From an uncultured Dehalococcoidia bacterium (GTDB lineage: Bacteria > Chloroflexota > Dehalococcoidia > SZUA-161): a stretch of DNA of 64,000 nucleotides. Position 1 is the stretch's first letter. Each line of letters begins with the position of its first letter. Shown one piece after another: positions 39,562 through 48,778 of the stretch. A model generated the notes under the pieces. The model ran no database searches, was not told the DNA's origin, and saw only the letters and a program-made list of their open reading frames with translations. Location: NCBI GenBank assembly GCA_964524995.1, contig CAZGDV010000001.1:6221-70220 (forward strand). The letters run 5' to 3'. Position numbers and translations under genes: made by a program.

Positions 39562-39828
39562 ATGTCTGATGGCTATACCACTCCACAGACGTGCGGAGAT
39601 CGGGGCAATTCTACCAGCAAACTACTAGCAGTGCAACTATCCGCAGCGCAGTATGATAAACACCCCAAAAAGTACCACCCGAAAAGACCCAAACGGGTGA
39701 TATACAGAAAGGCACGACCACTACATAATACGCCCGTGCGATACCCGCAAGTTGCGGGGGTGCGGTCGGACGGTGGAGTCTGGAGAGACAATCGATCCGA
39801 CGCTATCGCAAGCAAGGAGGGGATGGCA

Positions 39829-40779
39829 ATGCAGAGTCTGATCGGATACAGGAAGGTCATCATAGCCCTTGCGGGCGCAATCCTCGTGGTGTTCGGGGCT
39901 GTCTGGATGACCGCGCTGCTCCCGGCGATGTCTAAGGTCCCAACCGACCTGGATGAGACGGTCGTGCTGGAGGGCACCTACCAGGTGGCTGACTCCCAGA
40001 CCGGCCAGCTCAGCAGCATCCCGGTAACCGTGACGAGAGTCTCCGAAGGCGCCGGCACGGAGGCAGGCGACATCCTGCTGGTTCAGGAGACGATCACAGC
40101 CGCTAACTCAGAAACGGGCGAGGATCTCACGGCGATGTTCGGCTCCACCAACATGCTGGCGATTAACAGGAGCACGCTTGCAATGATGCCCGAAGCGGAG
40201 GGCGCTGACATGGCCCGGCAGGGGCAATGGTCTCCGCCAATAGGCGTCAGCGAAGGCTCCTCATTCGAGATCTGGAATCCCGCCGCCGAGCAGGCCCTTT
40301 TGGCCCAGTGGACCGGGACAGACACCATCGGCGGAGTAGACGTGGCCGTCTTCCAGATCAGTGCTGAGAATCTGGCGCTCGGCCCCGAAGAGGTATCGCT
40401 CCCGACAGGCGGAACGATGACACTCGACAAGTACGTGAGCACCGAAATCACCCTGTGGATCGAACCCGCGACAGGCGTCGTAGTCAACTCACAGAGTGAC
40501 CTCACAGTGGCCTTCGAAGTACCTGGCATTGGCACAATGCCAAGCTTCATCTCCGATGTCAGCTACACGGACGCCACGATATCCTACTATGCCGACAAGG
40601 CCAGTGGCGCTGCAACCCAGCTGTTCCTATTCGGCACCGTTCTCCCGTGGGGATTCATTGGGATCGGTGCCATCCTGATTCTGGTACCTGTCGACCTCAT
40701 TCTGCTCCGCAGGTTCTTCGGCGAGGCTCCGGCCACAACCGACGTTCCTGCACCCAATCCCATATCCATGGACACGTAG
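39829..40779 (+). CDS. membrane protein anchored by N- and C-terminal TM helices (DUF3068-like architecture), hypothetical
   Basis: ATG at 39829 (AAGGAGG 8 nt upstream) gives MQSLIGYRKVIIALAGAILVVFGAVW.. and a C-terminal helix ..LFGTVLPWGFIGIGAILILVPV. The 5' 360 codons of the 675-aa track ORF are antisense to the DegV genes and rejected. Confidence 0.55.
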   Translation: MQSLIGYRKVIIALAGAILVVFGAVWMTALLPAMSKVPTDLDETVVLEGTYQVADSQTGQLSSIPVTVTRVSEGAGTEAGDILLVQETITAANSETGEDLTAMFGSTNMLAINRSTLAMMPEAEGADMARQGQWSPPIGVSEGSSFEIWNPAAEQALLAQWTGTDTIGGVDVAVFQISAENLALGPEEVSLPTGGTMTLDKYVSTEITLWIEPATGVVVNSQSDLTVAFEVPGIGTMPSFISDVSYTDATISYYADKASGAATQLFLFGTVLPWGFIGIGAILILVPVDLILLRRFFGEAPATTDVPAPNPISMDT

Positions 40780-40803
40780 ACATGTGCATTCGCACAGCTC
40801 ACC

Positions 40804-40834
40804 AGAGCCCCCCGGCATCGGGGGGCTCTTTCTT
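40804..40834 (+). terminator. intrinsic terminator
   Basis: AGAGCCCCCCG-GCAT-CGGGGGGCUCU perfect 11-bp GC-rich hairpin followed by TTCTT. Confidence 0.6.
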
Positions 40835-40920
40835 ATGCCGAAAGACCTACAGGTCTGTACGTCAGCCAGCGATCGACCTGCCGGTCATCTCCCTCCCTTT
40901 CCCAAGTGCTCGCTCACGAA

Positions 40921-40950
40921 TTGACTCTCGAAATCTGCCGTTGCTAGAAT
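40921..40950 (+). promoter_or_regulatory. sigma70-like promoter (TTGACT-18-TAGAAT) for the glycyl-radical enzyme gene
   Basis: TTGACT 40921-40926 and TAGAAT 40945-40950, about 110 nt upstream of ATG 41063 (AAAGGAG RBS). Confidence 0.45.
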
Positions 40951-41062
40951 GGAACCATGCACGGGCGCTTCGGCGGCACGATGGGACAAAAGTCACATAC
41001 GCCATATTCTAAGCCGCTAGAATAGAAGCAACTTCGGGACGCGAACGGAAAGGAGCGCAACC

Positions 41063-43516
41063 ATGGCTACCGTTGACCAGAGGACCCGGAGAGCACAGCA
41101 GATAGCTGACAAGGTCAGATTCAGGACCATGATGGGCCAACGCACCGGCCGCGTCGAGGAGCAGGAGAAGCTCGGCAAGATTTCGGATATCAGGCCCACC
41201 CTCAGGCTGGACGTGGAACGCGCAAGACACGTAACTCAGGCCTACAAGGACTACGAGGGCGAGCCTATATCCATCAGGCGCGCCAGGGCCATGGAGCGCC
41301 ACCTCGACAATATGACCATATTCATCTCAGACTACGATCTAATCGCTGGCAGCTCCTCACGATCACCAGACCACGTTATCTCTTACCCCGAACTCTACTC
41401 CCGCTGGGTCGACAAGGCCATCGAGATGGGCTACAAGGATATGGTCGACGACAACGAGCGCGAGGAGCTCCACGAGATAAACAAGTACTGGTTCCCCAGG
41501 TCTATCCAGGGCAAGGAAAGACAGTACCTCGCCGAGGCCGACAAGCCCTACTGGTCATACATGAACCAGGGCGTCTTCGTCTGGGTCCACGGCGCTCACT
41601 CCGGCCAGGTCCCCAACTACGAGAGGGTATTCCAGGTCGGACTAAAGGGCATCCTCCAGGAGACCAGGGACAAGCTAGCCGAGGTCACCCAGGACAGGGG
41701 CTTTATCAGGGACAACCCGCAGGAGTTCCTCAGGGCCAAGGCATTCCTCGAAGCTGTCATCATCTCTATCGAGGCAGCCCTTCGCTGGGCCCACAGGTTC
41801 TCCGACCTCGCTAAGGCCATGGCCGACGACGAGTCAGACCCCAAGAGGAAGAAGGAGTTGGAGCGCATCTCAGACGCCTGCGCCTGGGTCCCCGAAAACC
41901 CGCCCCGTTCCTTCTTCGAGGCCGTACAGGGCTGGTTCCTCATGTTCCTCCTCGTAAGGGTCCTCGATATCCAGACCAGCGGCATCGGCGACAGGCTCGA
42001 CTACCTGTTCGGCCCCTTCTACAAGAAGGACAAGGAAGCAGGCAAGATCACCCCCGATGAGGCTCGGGAGATCATGGAGTTCACTTTCCTCAAGTTCACC
42101 GACCTCTCGGACTTCAACGCGCCCATCATGGGCAGCGGTGCCCATACTACACCTCGCTACACCACCATCGGCGGCCAAGACAGGCTCGGCAGGGATATCA
42201 CCAACGAGCTCACCTACATCATCATGGACGCCGTCAAGGGTTTGGGTCTCGTAGAGCCCATGATGGTTGTCAGGCTCCACAAGAACACGCCCGACGAGTT
42301 CCTCTACAAGTTCACCGACATCCTCAGAGAGGACGCAGGCCACTATGGCATATTCAACGACGAGTTCATGGTACCCTGGCTCGTGAGCAAGGGTATGCCC
42401 GTCGAGGACGCCAGGAACTGGTGCGTCGAGGGCTGCATGCGCTGGGCCGTCGTCGGCAAGCCCATGGGCCACAGAGGCATCGCAGGCGTAGGCTTCGCAC
42501 TCCCTAAGTGCCTCGAACTCGCACTCACCGGCGGCAAGGACGACAAGTTCTTCGGCGGCAAGCAGGTAGGACCCGAAACCCAGGATCCCAAGACATTCAA
42601 ATCCATCGACGAGGTCATTCAGGCCTACCTCAAGCAGGTCGAGTTCTTCGCCGAGAAGCTCGTCATCTTCTCCAACCTCACAGACGCTGTTGAGGACGAG
42701 TGGCTGCCCCAGCCCTTCAACTCAGCACTCCTCGACGGCTGCATTGAGAACGCCAAGGACGTCAGGCATATCCACTACTGGCACAAGACCAACATGCAGC
42801 CCGTCGGTCAGACCACCGTCGTCAACGCACTCGTCGCCATGAAGAAGCTCATCTTCGAGGACAAGAAGGTCACCATCGACCAGCTCCTGCAGGCGCTCAA
42901 GGACAACTGGGAGGGCCACGAGGAGTTGCGCCAGATGTTCCTCGACGCTCCCAAGTTCGGCAACGACGACGACTACGTTGACCTCTTCGCCAGGGACGTA
43001 CATATCAAGACCTGCCAGGCGTTCCACCAGTTCAAGACTATCTTCGGCTTCAACGTCCAGTCAGACGGCTCCGGCAGCGCCTCATACTTCTCCTTCTCCG
43101 GCCTCACAGGAGCCACACCTGACGGCAGAAAGGACAGGGAGGTCTTCTCCGACGGCACCGTCTCCCCTGCTCCGGGCACGGATGTCAAGGGGCCAACGGC
43201 GGTCCTCAAGTCTGTAGCCAAGATCGACCCGCTTCTGACCTTCAACCACCTGTTCAACCAGAGGTGGATGCCCGAGTTCCTCGAGGGTGACAACAGGTCC
43301 AAGTTCGTCGCGTACCTCCGAACCTTCACCGACCTGGGCATACACCACATCCAGGGCAACGTGATCGACGACGCGGTACTCAGGGACGCGCAGGAGCATC
43401 CCGAGAACTACGAGCGCCTGGTGGTAAGAATCGCGGGCTTCAGCGCCTATTTCGTGGACATGCACAAAGAGGTCCAGGACCAGGTTATCGCCAGAACCAA
43501 GCAAAGACTCGGCTAG
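41063..43516 (+). CDS. glycyl-radical enzyme of the pyruvate-formate-lyase superfamily, substrate unknown
   Basis: 817 aa; C-terminal glycyl-radical motif RLVVRIAGFSAYFVDMHKEVQDQVIARTKQ (compare PFL [24 protein letters not shown]); mid-protein Cys loop NWCVEGCM with the C-V-E triad seen in the glycerol-dehydratase/CutC/HypD/X-succinate-synthase branch. Confidence 0.9.
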   Translation: MATVDQRTRRAQQIADKVRFRTMMGQRTGRVEEQEKLGKISDIRPTLRLDVERARHVTQAYKDYEGEPISIRRARAMERHLDNMTIFISDYDLIAGSSSRSPDHVISYPELYSRWVDKAIEMGYKDMVDDNEREELHEINKYWFPRSIQGKERQYLAEADKPYWSYMNQGVFVWVHGAHSGQVPNYERVFQVGLKGILQETRDKLAEVTQDRGFIRDNPQEFLRAKAFLEAVIISIEAALRWAHRFSDLAKAMADDESDPKRKKELERISDACAWVPENPPRSFFEAVQGWFLMFLLVRVLDIQTSGIGDRLDYLFGPFYKKDKEAGKITPDEAREIMEFTFLKFTDLSDFNAPIMGSGAHTTPRYTTIGGQDRLGRDITNELTYIIMDAVKGLGLVEPMMVVRLHKNTPDEFLYKFTDILREDAGHYGIFNDEFMVPWLVSKGMPVEDARNWCVEGCMRWAVVGKPMGHRGIAGVGFALPKCLELALTGGKDDKFFGGKQVGPETQDPKTFKSIDEVIQAYLKQVEFFAEKLVIFSNLTDAVEDEWLPQPFNSALLDGCIENAKDVRHIHYWHKTNMQPVGQTTVVNALVAMKKLIFEDKKVTIDQLLQALKDNWEGHEELRQMFLDAPKFGNDDDYVDLFARDVHIKTCQAFHQFKTIFGFNVQSDGSGSASYFSFSGLTGATPDGRKDREVFSDGTVSPAPGTDVKGPTAVLKSVAKIDPLLTFNHLFNQRWMPEFLEGDNRSKFVAYLRTFTDLGIHHIQGNVIDDAVLRDAQEHPENYERLVVRIAGFSAYFVDMHKEVQDQVIARTKQRLG

Positions 43517-43554
43517 CAACTGGCGAACACCGCAGCCATTCTGAGCAGACGCGC

Positions 43555-43594
43555 AAGGGCGGCAACTCTCCCACGAGGACTGTCGCCCTTTTCC
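43555..43594 (+). terminator. candidate intrinsic terminator after the glycyl-radical enzyme gene
   Basis: AAGGGCGGCA ... UGUCGCCCUU hairpin followed by TTTTCC; the 5' arm is also part of a 15-nt long-range inverted repeat (see findings). Confidence 0.5.
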
Positions 43595-43670
43595 TATTAT
43601 CAGCTTGTCAGGTTAGCTCGAAGGCCCTTGCGCGTCTGCCATCTCCTCTTTCCGGAGTGAGCACAGAGGC

Positions 43671-43699
43671 TTGACAGGCCTCGATTTCTGTGTTAAAAG
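43671..43699 (+). promoter_or_regulatory. possible promoter (TTGACA-17-TAAAAG) with ~350-nt leader to the surface-protein gene
   Basis: TTGACA 43671-43676, 17-nt spacer, TAAAAG 43694-43699. Confidence 0.3.
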
Positions 43700-44057
43700 T
43701 CACCTGCGAGACCGTAGGCCAAGACATACTTGGATGAGGTCTTTCCCCGCCGAGCCGCTGTTGAATGCGGGTGTGATATGCCCCAGACCCAAGTGTCGTG
43801 AAAGCTAACGGATGCCCCCCCATCCGCCCACGGAGCTTGAACGCCGCTGCTGGAGAATACCACAGCCACATTTCCTGTCTCATGGGAACCGACAGCCGCG
43901 CCTGAAACCGTGATTCTGTCGTCGCGGCAGGAAGGAGGTGCAAGCCAAAGCAACGGTTGCACCGAGGTTTGCTCCACCAATGCAGCAACATCCGAACCAC
44001 GCGTTACGTGCACACTCGTCAAACAGACAGGGAATGCAAATCGGGAGGGGGACTCAA

Positions 44058-45023
44058 ATGAAGAAGCTGGTAACTATCTTGATCGTCGTTGCGCTGGCGG
44101 CCACGGGTCTGTTCATAGCCGCAGCGCCAGCCGCAGCTGACTCGCTTCTCGACTCAGTTGAAGTCGGAACCCCATCCAGCGAGTCCACTCACGGCATAGT
44201 AGAGCAGCCCACGGGTGACTGGGGGCCGATAGAGACCGCGACGCACGGCGGCTCCTACGGGGACATTGACAACGGCGGAGCTCCAGATTACACGTCTGGA
44301 GACAACGCGTGCCGCTGCATATGGGGGTATGACGAGGACCCCACTGGGAACATTGGACAGGATGCCACCTTCACGATGAGTACGGGCTCCGGCATGACCG
44401 CCACCCGCCTCGTGATCCGAGTCTTGGATGGAGGCAGCGACGACTCCTTCGACCTCAAGGTGAATGGTTCAACCGAGCTGTCATATACAGACCAGTATAC
44501 TGCTGAGACTTGGGTAACCCATGACATCGACATCTCCTCCGGGGCCTATACGGGTACTCTCAACATAAGCCTGACAGCTACTGCCGCAGCCGGTCCATAC
44601 TTCAATGACTATGGACAGGTAGCTGTTGACTGGGCCGAGCTCTATGGCGAGGAGTCACCTCCACCGACACCGGAAGGCAACGAGACCGGTGGTTGCTTCA
44701 TCGCGAGTGCGGCCTATGGCTCATACTTCGAACCCCAGGTTGACACGCTCCGGTCATTCAGAGACGGGTTCCTGCAAACAGATGCGGCCGGAACCGGCAT
44801 TGTGTCGGCTTATTATGCGCTCAGCCCACCGATAGCCGACTTCATTGACGCCAATCCAGTTCTCAAGGCACCGGTAAGGGCCGCTCTGGCACCGGCGGTT
44901 GCGCTGAGTGACACAGCCGTAGCCACCAGCACGTCTGCGAAGGCGGCAGTAGCCGGCGCAGCAGCCCTTGCTGCTCTCGCCGCGGCAGCGTGGCTCCGGA
45001 GGCGCATGGTTCAGAGCCGTTAA
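44058..45023 (+). CDS. secreted protein with conserved ~110-aa C-terminal module (GGCFIASAAYGS...LRSFRDGFL, Ala-rich helix, RRR tail)
   Basis: ATG 44058 with GGGAGGGGG RBS; signal peptide MKKLVTILIVVALAATGLFIAAAPAAA; C-terminal module near-identical to that of the next gene and ending in a hydrophobic helix plus WLRRRM. Confidence 0.7.
   Translation: MKKLVTILIVVALAATGLFIAAAPAAADSLLDSVEVGTPSSESTHGIVEQPTGDWGPIETATHGGSYGDIDNGGAPDYTSGDNACRCIWGYDEDPTGNIGQDATFTMSTGSGMTATRLVIRVLDGGSDDSFDLKVNGSTELSYTDQYTAETWVTHDIDISSGAYTGTLNISLTATAAAGPYFNDYGQVAVDWAELYGEESPPPTPEGNETGGCFIASAAYGSYFEPQVDTLRSFRDGFLQTDAAGTGIVSAYYALSPPIADFIDANPVLKAPVRAALAPAVALSDTAVATSTSAKAAVAGAAALAALAAAAWLRRRMVQSR
44687..44851 (+). repeat. 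copy 1 of ~165-bp near-identical direct repeat (encodes the shared C-terminal module)
   Basis: About 95 nt identical then scattered mismatches versus 46621-46785 (constant offset 1934 nt). Confidence 0.7.
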
Positions 45024-45126
45024 CTGGCTCTCATTACTCAACGACTGAATGGCTGGTATCGGCTGGCGGCAGTGTTGTCGCGGCGCTACCGCCAGCCCAA
45101 ACCAAGCCTACGGAAGGGAGACCGCG

Positions 45127-46974
45127 ATGAGACACATCACGGCCAAAGCTATAGTGTGCTTGGCTATAATCGCTTCTGTCGTACCAGTGGTGACTGCGGG
45201 CGGTCTCTCACTAGCGGTTGCTGGGGCTACCACCACTGCAGGATCAATGGCAGTATCAGTACCCGGCGGCCCTGACTATGCACCGGCGAATGTACAGCTA
45301 GCGAAGATCGACCCGGGACTGACCTCGCCGAGCGGCGACTATCGATGGTTGGATGTCGCAGACAACGAGTACGCCGCATCCTTCCACTCCACCTACGACT
45401 ACTCGCAGGCCAGCGTTCAGGTTACCTATGAGACCCAGGGCACATCGCTACAGGGTACACTCGTCGCGACCAATCTCAAGCCCAACTTCGCATATCAACT
45501 CAAGCTTACAGGTACTCCCGACACACAAGACAACGAGAGGATTGGCCTGTCCGGAAGATGGTGGGAAGAGACCTGGGATGGCTCCCAGTGGAGCAATGGG
45601 CATAACCTGAACAACAAGGGCGACGGCTCGTCGCCGAATCCGAACGATGATCTGTACTTCAGCCGAAAGGATGTCCAGGAGTCATCCAGCCCAACGGGGA
45701 AGCTATATCGATACACCGGCTACATGCCGATTGATTACTTCATCACCAACGAGTCCGGCAGTGCCTCCCTGAGCTTCGAGGCCGACAGTTGCTACCATGT
45801 CCTCTGGAAGACCTCGCAGCGCGCGCCCAATGGGAACGATGGGCCTCTCAAGATGTGGGCCTTCGATCCCGATCCGCTATCGACCGCATATGATTTCGAC
45901 TACCCCGAGTCAAGCGCAACCATCTTCGGTGAGTGGGAACGGCTTCCCGTTGGTGGGGTCTATCTCCGACCGGGTAGCTACAGTTGCATGATCACGCTTA
46001 CCGAGGAATCGTTCCACGGCAACGGCCTCGCCGGAGGATGGGCCAGCGCCATGGGTGCCACGATATCATTCGACATTGAGCCAACCTACACCCTGTCCGT
46101 CAGCGCATCTCCCGTGGGCAGCGGGACCACCTCCCCAAGTCCCGGCGCCCACGGCTGCGCGCCCAACCAGGTTTTCCTTCTGGAGGCATATCCAGCCTCC
46201 GGTTACGAGTTCTCCAGTTGGGGCGGCAATGTCGCCCAGCCGTATTCCAGTTCGACACGCATCACGATGACAGCGGACGAAACAGTCACAGCGTACTTCC
46301 AGCCCGCCGGAACCACCGACCCGCCGGATGCCCCCTCCAACCTGGCCGCCACTGCCGAAGCCGACGGCACGGTCACGCTCTCTTGGCAGGACAACTCCAA
46401 TGACGAACTCGGATTCGCTATTGATCGCAAGACAGCAACGGGATACTTCCACGAAATCGATCGAGTTGCGGCCAACACAACTACCTATCACGATCAGGGT
46501 GTTACAGGCGGACGAACCTATGTCTACAGGGTGAAAGCCTGGAAGTACGTGGAAGGCCCCCTAGGTCCCACTGAAGTCTCTTCATCATCCAACCAGGTAT
46601 CGGTTACTACCTCATCGGATGGCGGTTGCTTCATCGCGAGTGCGGCCTATGGCTCATACTTCGAACCCCAGGTTGACACGCTCCGGTCATTCAGAGACGG
46701 GTTCCTCCAGACAGATGCGGCTGGAACCGGCATTGTGTCGGCTTACTATGAAATCAGCCCACCCATAGCCGACTTCATCGACGCACACCCGTCACTCAAA
46801 CCAATAGTCAAAGCTGCGCTGGCCCCTGCTGTAGTAGTCAGCGACACAGCTGTCGACGGTAGCATAGCTCTCAAAGCAGTGATAGGTAGCGTAGCATTGT
46901 TTGTAGCGTTTGTCTCCACGGTTTGGGTCCGCAGGCGTATCGCCTTGAGTAAACAGCCTCACCGGTTCTCCTGA
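45127..46974 (+). CDS. secreted multidomain surface protein (InlB-B-repeat-like domain, fibronectin type III domain) with the same C-terminal module
   Basis: ATG 45127 with GGAAGGGAG RBS; signal peptide MRHITAKAIVCLAIIASVVPVVTAGG. YTLSVSASPVGSGT..GYEFSSWGGNV..VTAYF bacterial Ig-like repeat; FN3 (PDAPSNLAATAEADGTVTLSWQDN...YVYRVKAW). C-terminal GGCFIASAAYGS... module + helix + WVRRRI. Confidence 0.75.
   Translation: MRHITAKAIVCLAIIASVVPVVTAGGLSLAVAGATTTAGSMAVSVPGGPDYAPANVQLAKIDPGLTSPSGDYRWLDVADNEYAASFHSTYDYSQASVQVTYETQGTSLQGTLVATNLKPNFAYQLKLTGTPDTQDNERIGLSGRWWEETWDGSQWSNGHNLNNKGDGSSPNPNDDLYFSRKDVQESSSPTGKLYRYTGYMPIDYFITNESGSASLSFEADSCYHVLWKTSQRAPNGNDGPLKMWAFDPDPLSTAYDFDYPESSATIFGEWERLPVGGVYLRPGSYSCMITLTEESFHGNGLAGGWASAMGATISFDIEPTYTLSVSASPVGSGTTSPSPGAHGCAPNQVFLLEAYPASGYEFSSWGGNVAQPYSSSTRITMTADETVTAYFQPAGTTDPPDAPSNLAATAEADGTVTLSWQDNSNDELGFAIDRKTATGYFHEIDRVAANTTTYHDQGVTGGRTYVYRVKAWKYVEGPLGPTEVSSSSNQVSVTTSSDGGCFIASAAYGSYFEPQVDTLRSFRDGFLQTDAAGTGIVSAYYEISPPIADFIDAHPSLKPIVKAALAPAVVVSDTAVDGSIALKAVIGSVALFVAFVSTVWVRRRIALSKQPHRFS
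46621..46785 (+). repeat. copy 2 of ~165-bp near-identical direct repeat
   Basis: See copy 1 at 44687-44851. Confidence 0.7.
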
Positions 46975-46994
46975 GAACCTCGATCTCCCGGTTG

Positions 46995-47030
46995 GCGGCG
47001 GCACCGGCGTTGGTGCCGCCGCTGTGTTTG
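46995..47030 (+). terminator. intrinsic terminator after the surface-protein pair
   Basis: GCGGCGGCACC-GGCGUU-GGUGCCGCCGC 11-bp GC hairpin followed by UGUGUUUGG. Confidence 0.55.
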
Positions 47031-47104
47031 GACATGACACCAGCCCTCGATAACGGTATGGCGTTGTCCGATGCCAGCCAGTGTGTTAACATCTAATCAG
47101 GATC

Positions 47105-47875
47105 ATGGACTCTGAGAGTGTGGAACAGACTGGCCAGGCGGGCGAGAGCTCAGTAGAGAGCTTCAGCGCCGACGTCGGTGGAAGCCGGCTGTACTGCTTA
47201 AAGGCAGGCATCGGCCCCGCTGTCGTGTTGATGCACGGCGGTGCAAGCAACTCCAGCGATTGGGCCGAGACCATGGACGCTCTCTCCGATTCGTACAGCC
47301 TGTACGCGCCTGATATGATCGGGTATGGCCAGAGCGACAAGCCCAAGGAGGCCTACTCTCTATCGGACTTCGTCAAGGCGACCCATGGTCTCATCCAGAA
47401 GCTGAACCTCTCCTCGCTCGTTCTCGTTGGCCATTCACTGGGCGGCAGGGTCTGCCTCGAGATAGCATTGCGCCATCCAGAGATCGTAGTCGGTTTGGTT
47501 CTCGTGGACAGCCCGGGGTTCGCCAAACTGGCGTGGTGGGGCGGTTTTCTCGGTGCAGTCGCCTGGGGCATCCGAAGCATGCTCGGCCGCCCACAGCCCT
47601 ATCCCCGCTTCCGCACAGAGGCGGGCGAGGACAGGAACTGGCGCTGTCTCGACAGGCTTCCGGCACTCAGCGTCCCGACGCTCCTGGTCTGGAACCGGCG
47701 CGACCCCTACTACTCAATGTCCGGCGCACTCAAGGCCGCCGAGCTCATTCCCAATGTCCAGATGGAGGTTTTCCCGCGCTACGGTCACGCCCCCCATAAG
47801 CAGGACAGAGAGGGATTCAACGAAGTCCTTCTGCGCTTCCTCAACAACATCGGACACTCCGGCCCTTTCATCTAG
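47105..47875 (+). CDS. alpha/beta-fold hydrolase
   Basis: 256 aa; HGGASNSSDW oxyanion region, nucleophile elbow GHSLGG, C-terminal His. Confidence 0.8.
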   Translation: MDSESVEQTGQAGESSVESFSADVGGSRLYCLKAGIGPAVVLMHGGASNSSDWAETMDALSDSYSLYAPDMIGYGQSDKPKEAYSLSDFVKATHGLIQKLNLSSLVLVGHSLGGRVCLEIALRHPEIVVGLVLVDSPGFAKLAWWGGFLGAVAWGIRSMLGRPQPYPRFRTEAGEDRNWRCLDRLPALSVPTLLVWNRRDPYYSMSGALKAAELIPNVQMEVFPRYGHAPHKQDREGFNEVLLRFLNNIGHSGPFI

Positions 47876-47887
47876 CACAGGACGCTC

Positions 47888-48268
47888 ATGGTCAGGACGA
47901 TCCGAATAGGTGCCGGTACGGTCGAGGTTATGGCCATACTCAACGACTCAGCTACCGCAGACGCGGTCTGGGCTGCTCTCCCACTCGATGGTTATGTCAA
48001 TACATGGGGCGACGAGGTATACTTCTCGATCGACGTGCGTCTCCCCCTCGACGACCCACACGAGGTCGTGGAGATGGGAGACCTCGGCTATTGGCCGCAG
48101 GGTCCCGCCTTCTGCATCTTCTTCGGCCCGACCCCGATGAGCACGGGCAACGAGATTCGCCCGGCAAGCGCTGTGAACGTCTTCGGCAGAGTCGCCGGGG
48201 ACCCTAGAGTGCTCACGCAGGTGTCGTCCGGAGCCCGAATCCAGGTCCACCAGTCGGCAGTCGAGTAG
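47888..48268 (+). CDS. cyclophilin-like-fold protein (DUF3830-type), function unknown
   Basis: 126 aa; paralogous to the C-terminal domain of the 54522-55358 protein (..GDLGYWPQGPAFCIFFGPTPMSTGNEIRP.. versus ..GDICYWPAAKAVCIFLGPTPLSRGDEIRT..). Confidence 0.55.
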   Translation: MVRTIRIGAGTVEVMAILNDSATADAVWAALPLDGYVNTWGDEVYFSIDVRLPLDDPHEVVEMGDLGYWPQGPAFCIFFGPTPMSTGNEIRPASAVNVFGRVAGDPRVLTQVSSGARIQVHQSAVE

Positions 48269-48430
48269 CCAGGCGGCTATCTCCCGATGGCGTCCTGCCC
48301 TTCGCCCCTCACTCATCTCGGGCAGCCAAACGGCGCCGCCCCGGATAGCTACCACCCTAAGGTATAATGGCGTCGTGCTCGATTGCCAGTCATCAGCATC
48401 CCCATGACCGCAGAATGAGGAGGCACTACC

Positions 48431-48754
48431 ATGCATTGGCTGTATCTCACTCTCGCCATAATACTCGAGGTTGCAGGCACGACCTGCATGAAATACTCCG
48501 ATGGCTTCACCCACCTCGTACCCTCCGTTCTGCTGTTCGTGTTCTACGCGCTCTCATTCACCGCCTTCGCCTTTGCCCTGAAGCAGATCGACATCAGCCT
48601 CGCCTACGCCATGTGGGCTGGCCTGGGGGTCCTCCTCATAGCGATCATCGGCATCACCTGGTTCGGCGAAGGCGCGAACGCACTGAAGATTGTGTCGATT
48701 GCCCTGATAATCGCGGGAGTGGTCGGCCTGAACTACAGCGGAGCTGTTCACTAG
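48431..48754 (+). CDS. small multidrug resistance (SMR/EmrE/Gdx-type) transporter
   Basis: 107 aa, four TM helices, MHWLYLTLAIILEVAGTTCMKYS with the conserved membrane-embedded Glu (LEV); GAGGAGG RBS; TATAAT -10 element at 48364-48369. Confidence 0.85.
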   Translation: MHWLYLTLAIILEVAGTTCMKYSDGFTHLVPSVLLFVFYALSFTAFAFALKQIDISLAYAMWAGLGVLLIAIIGITWFGEGANALKIVSIALIIAGVVGLNYSGAVH

Positions 48755-48778
48755 CATTCTTCTGCAAAGGAGACCTGT

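Noticed and set aside
38752-39828. 5' 360 codons of the 675-aa + strand track ORF (38752-40779) overlapping both DegV genes
   Set aside because: Antisense to two well-supported DegV genes; no recognisable protein features before the MQSLIGYRK.. start at 39829, which has its own RBS. Long antisense open frames are expected at ~60% GC.
48269-48430. Possible guanidine (ykkC / mini-ykkC / ykkC-III) riboswitch upstream of the SMR transporter
   Set aside because: SMR/Gdx genes are often guanidine-riboswitch controlled, but the leader from the TATAAT element is only about 55 nt and I found none of the conserved ACGR-loop hairpins or ykkC core sequences; only a promoter is called.
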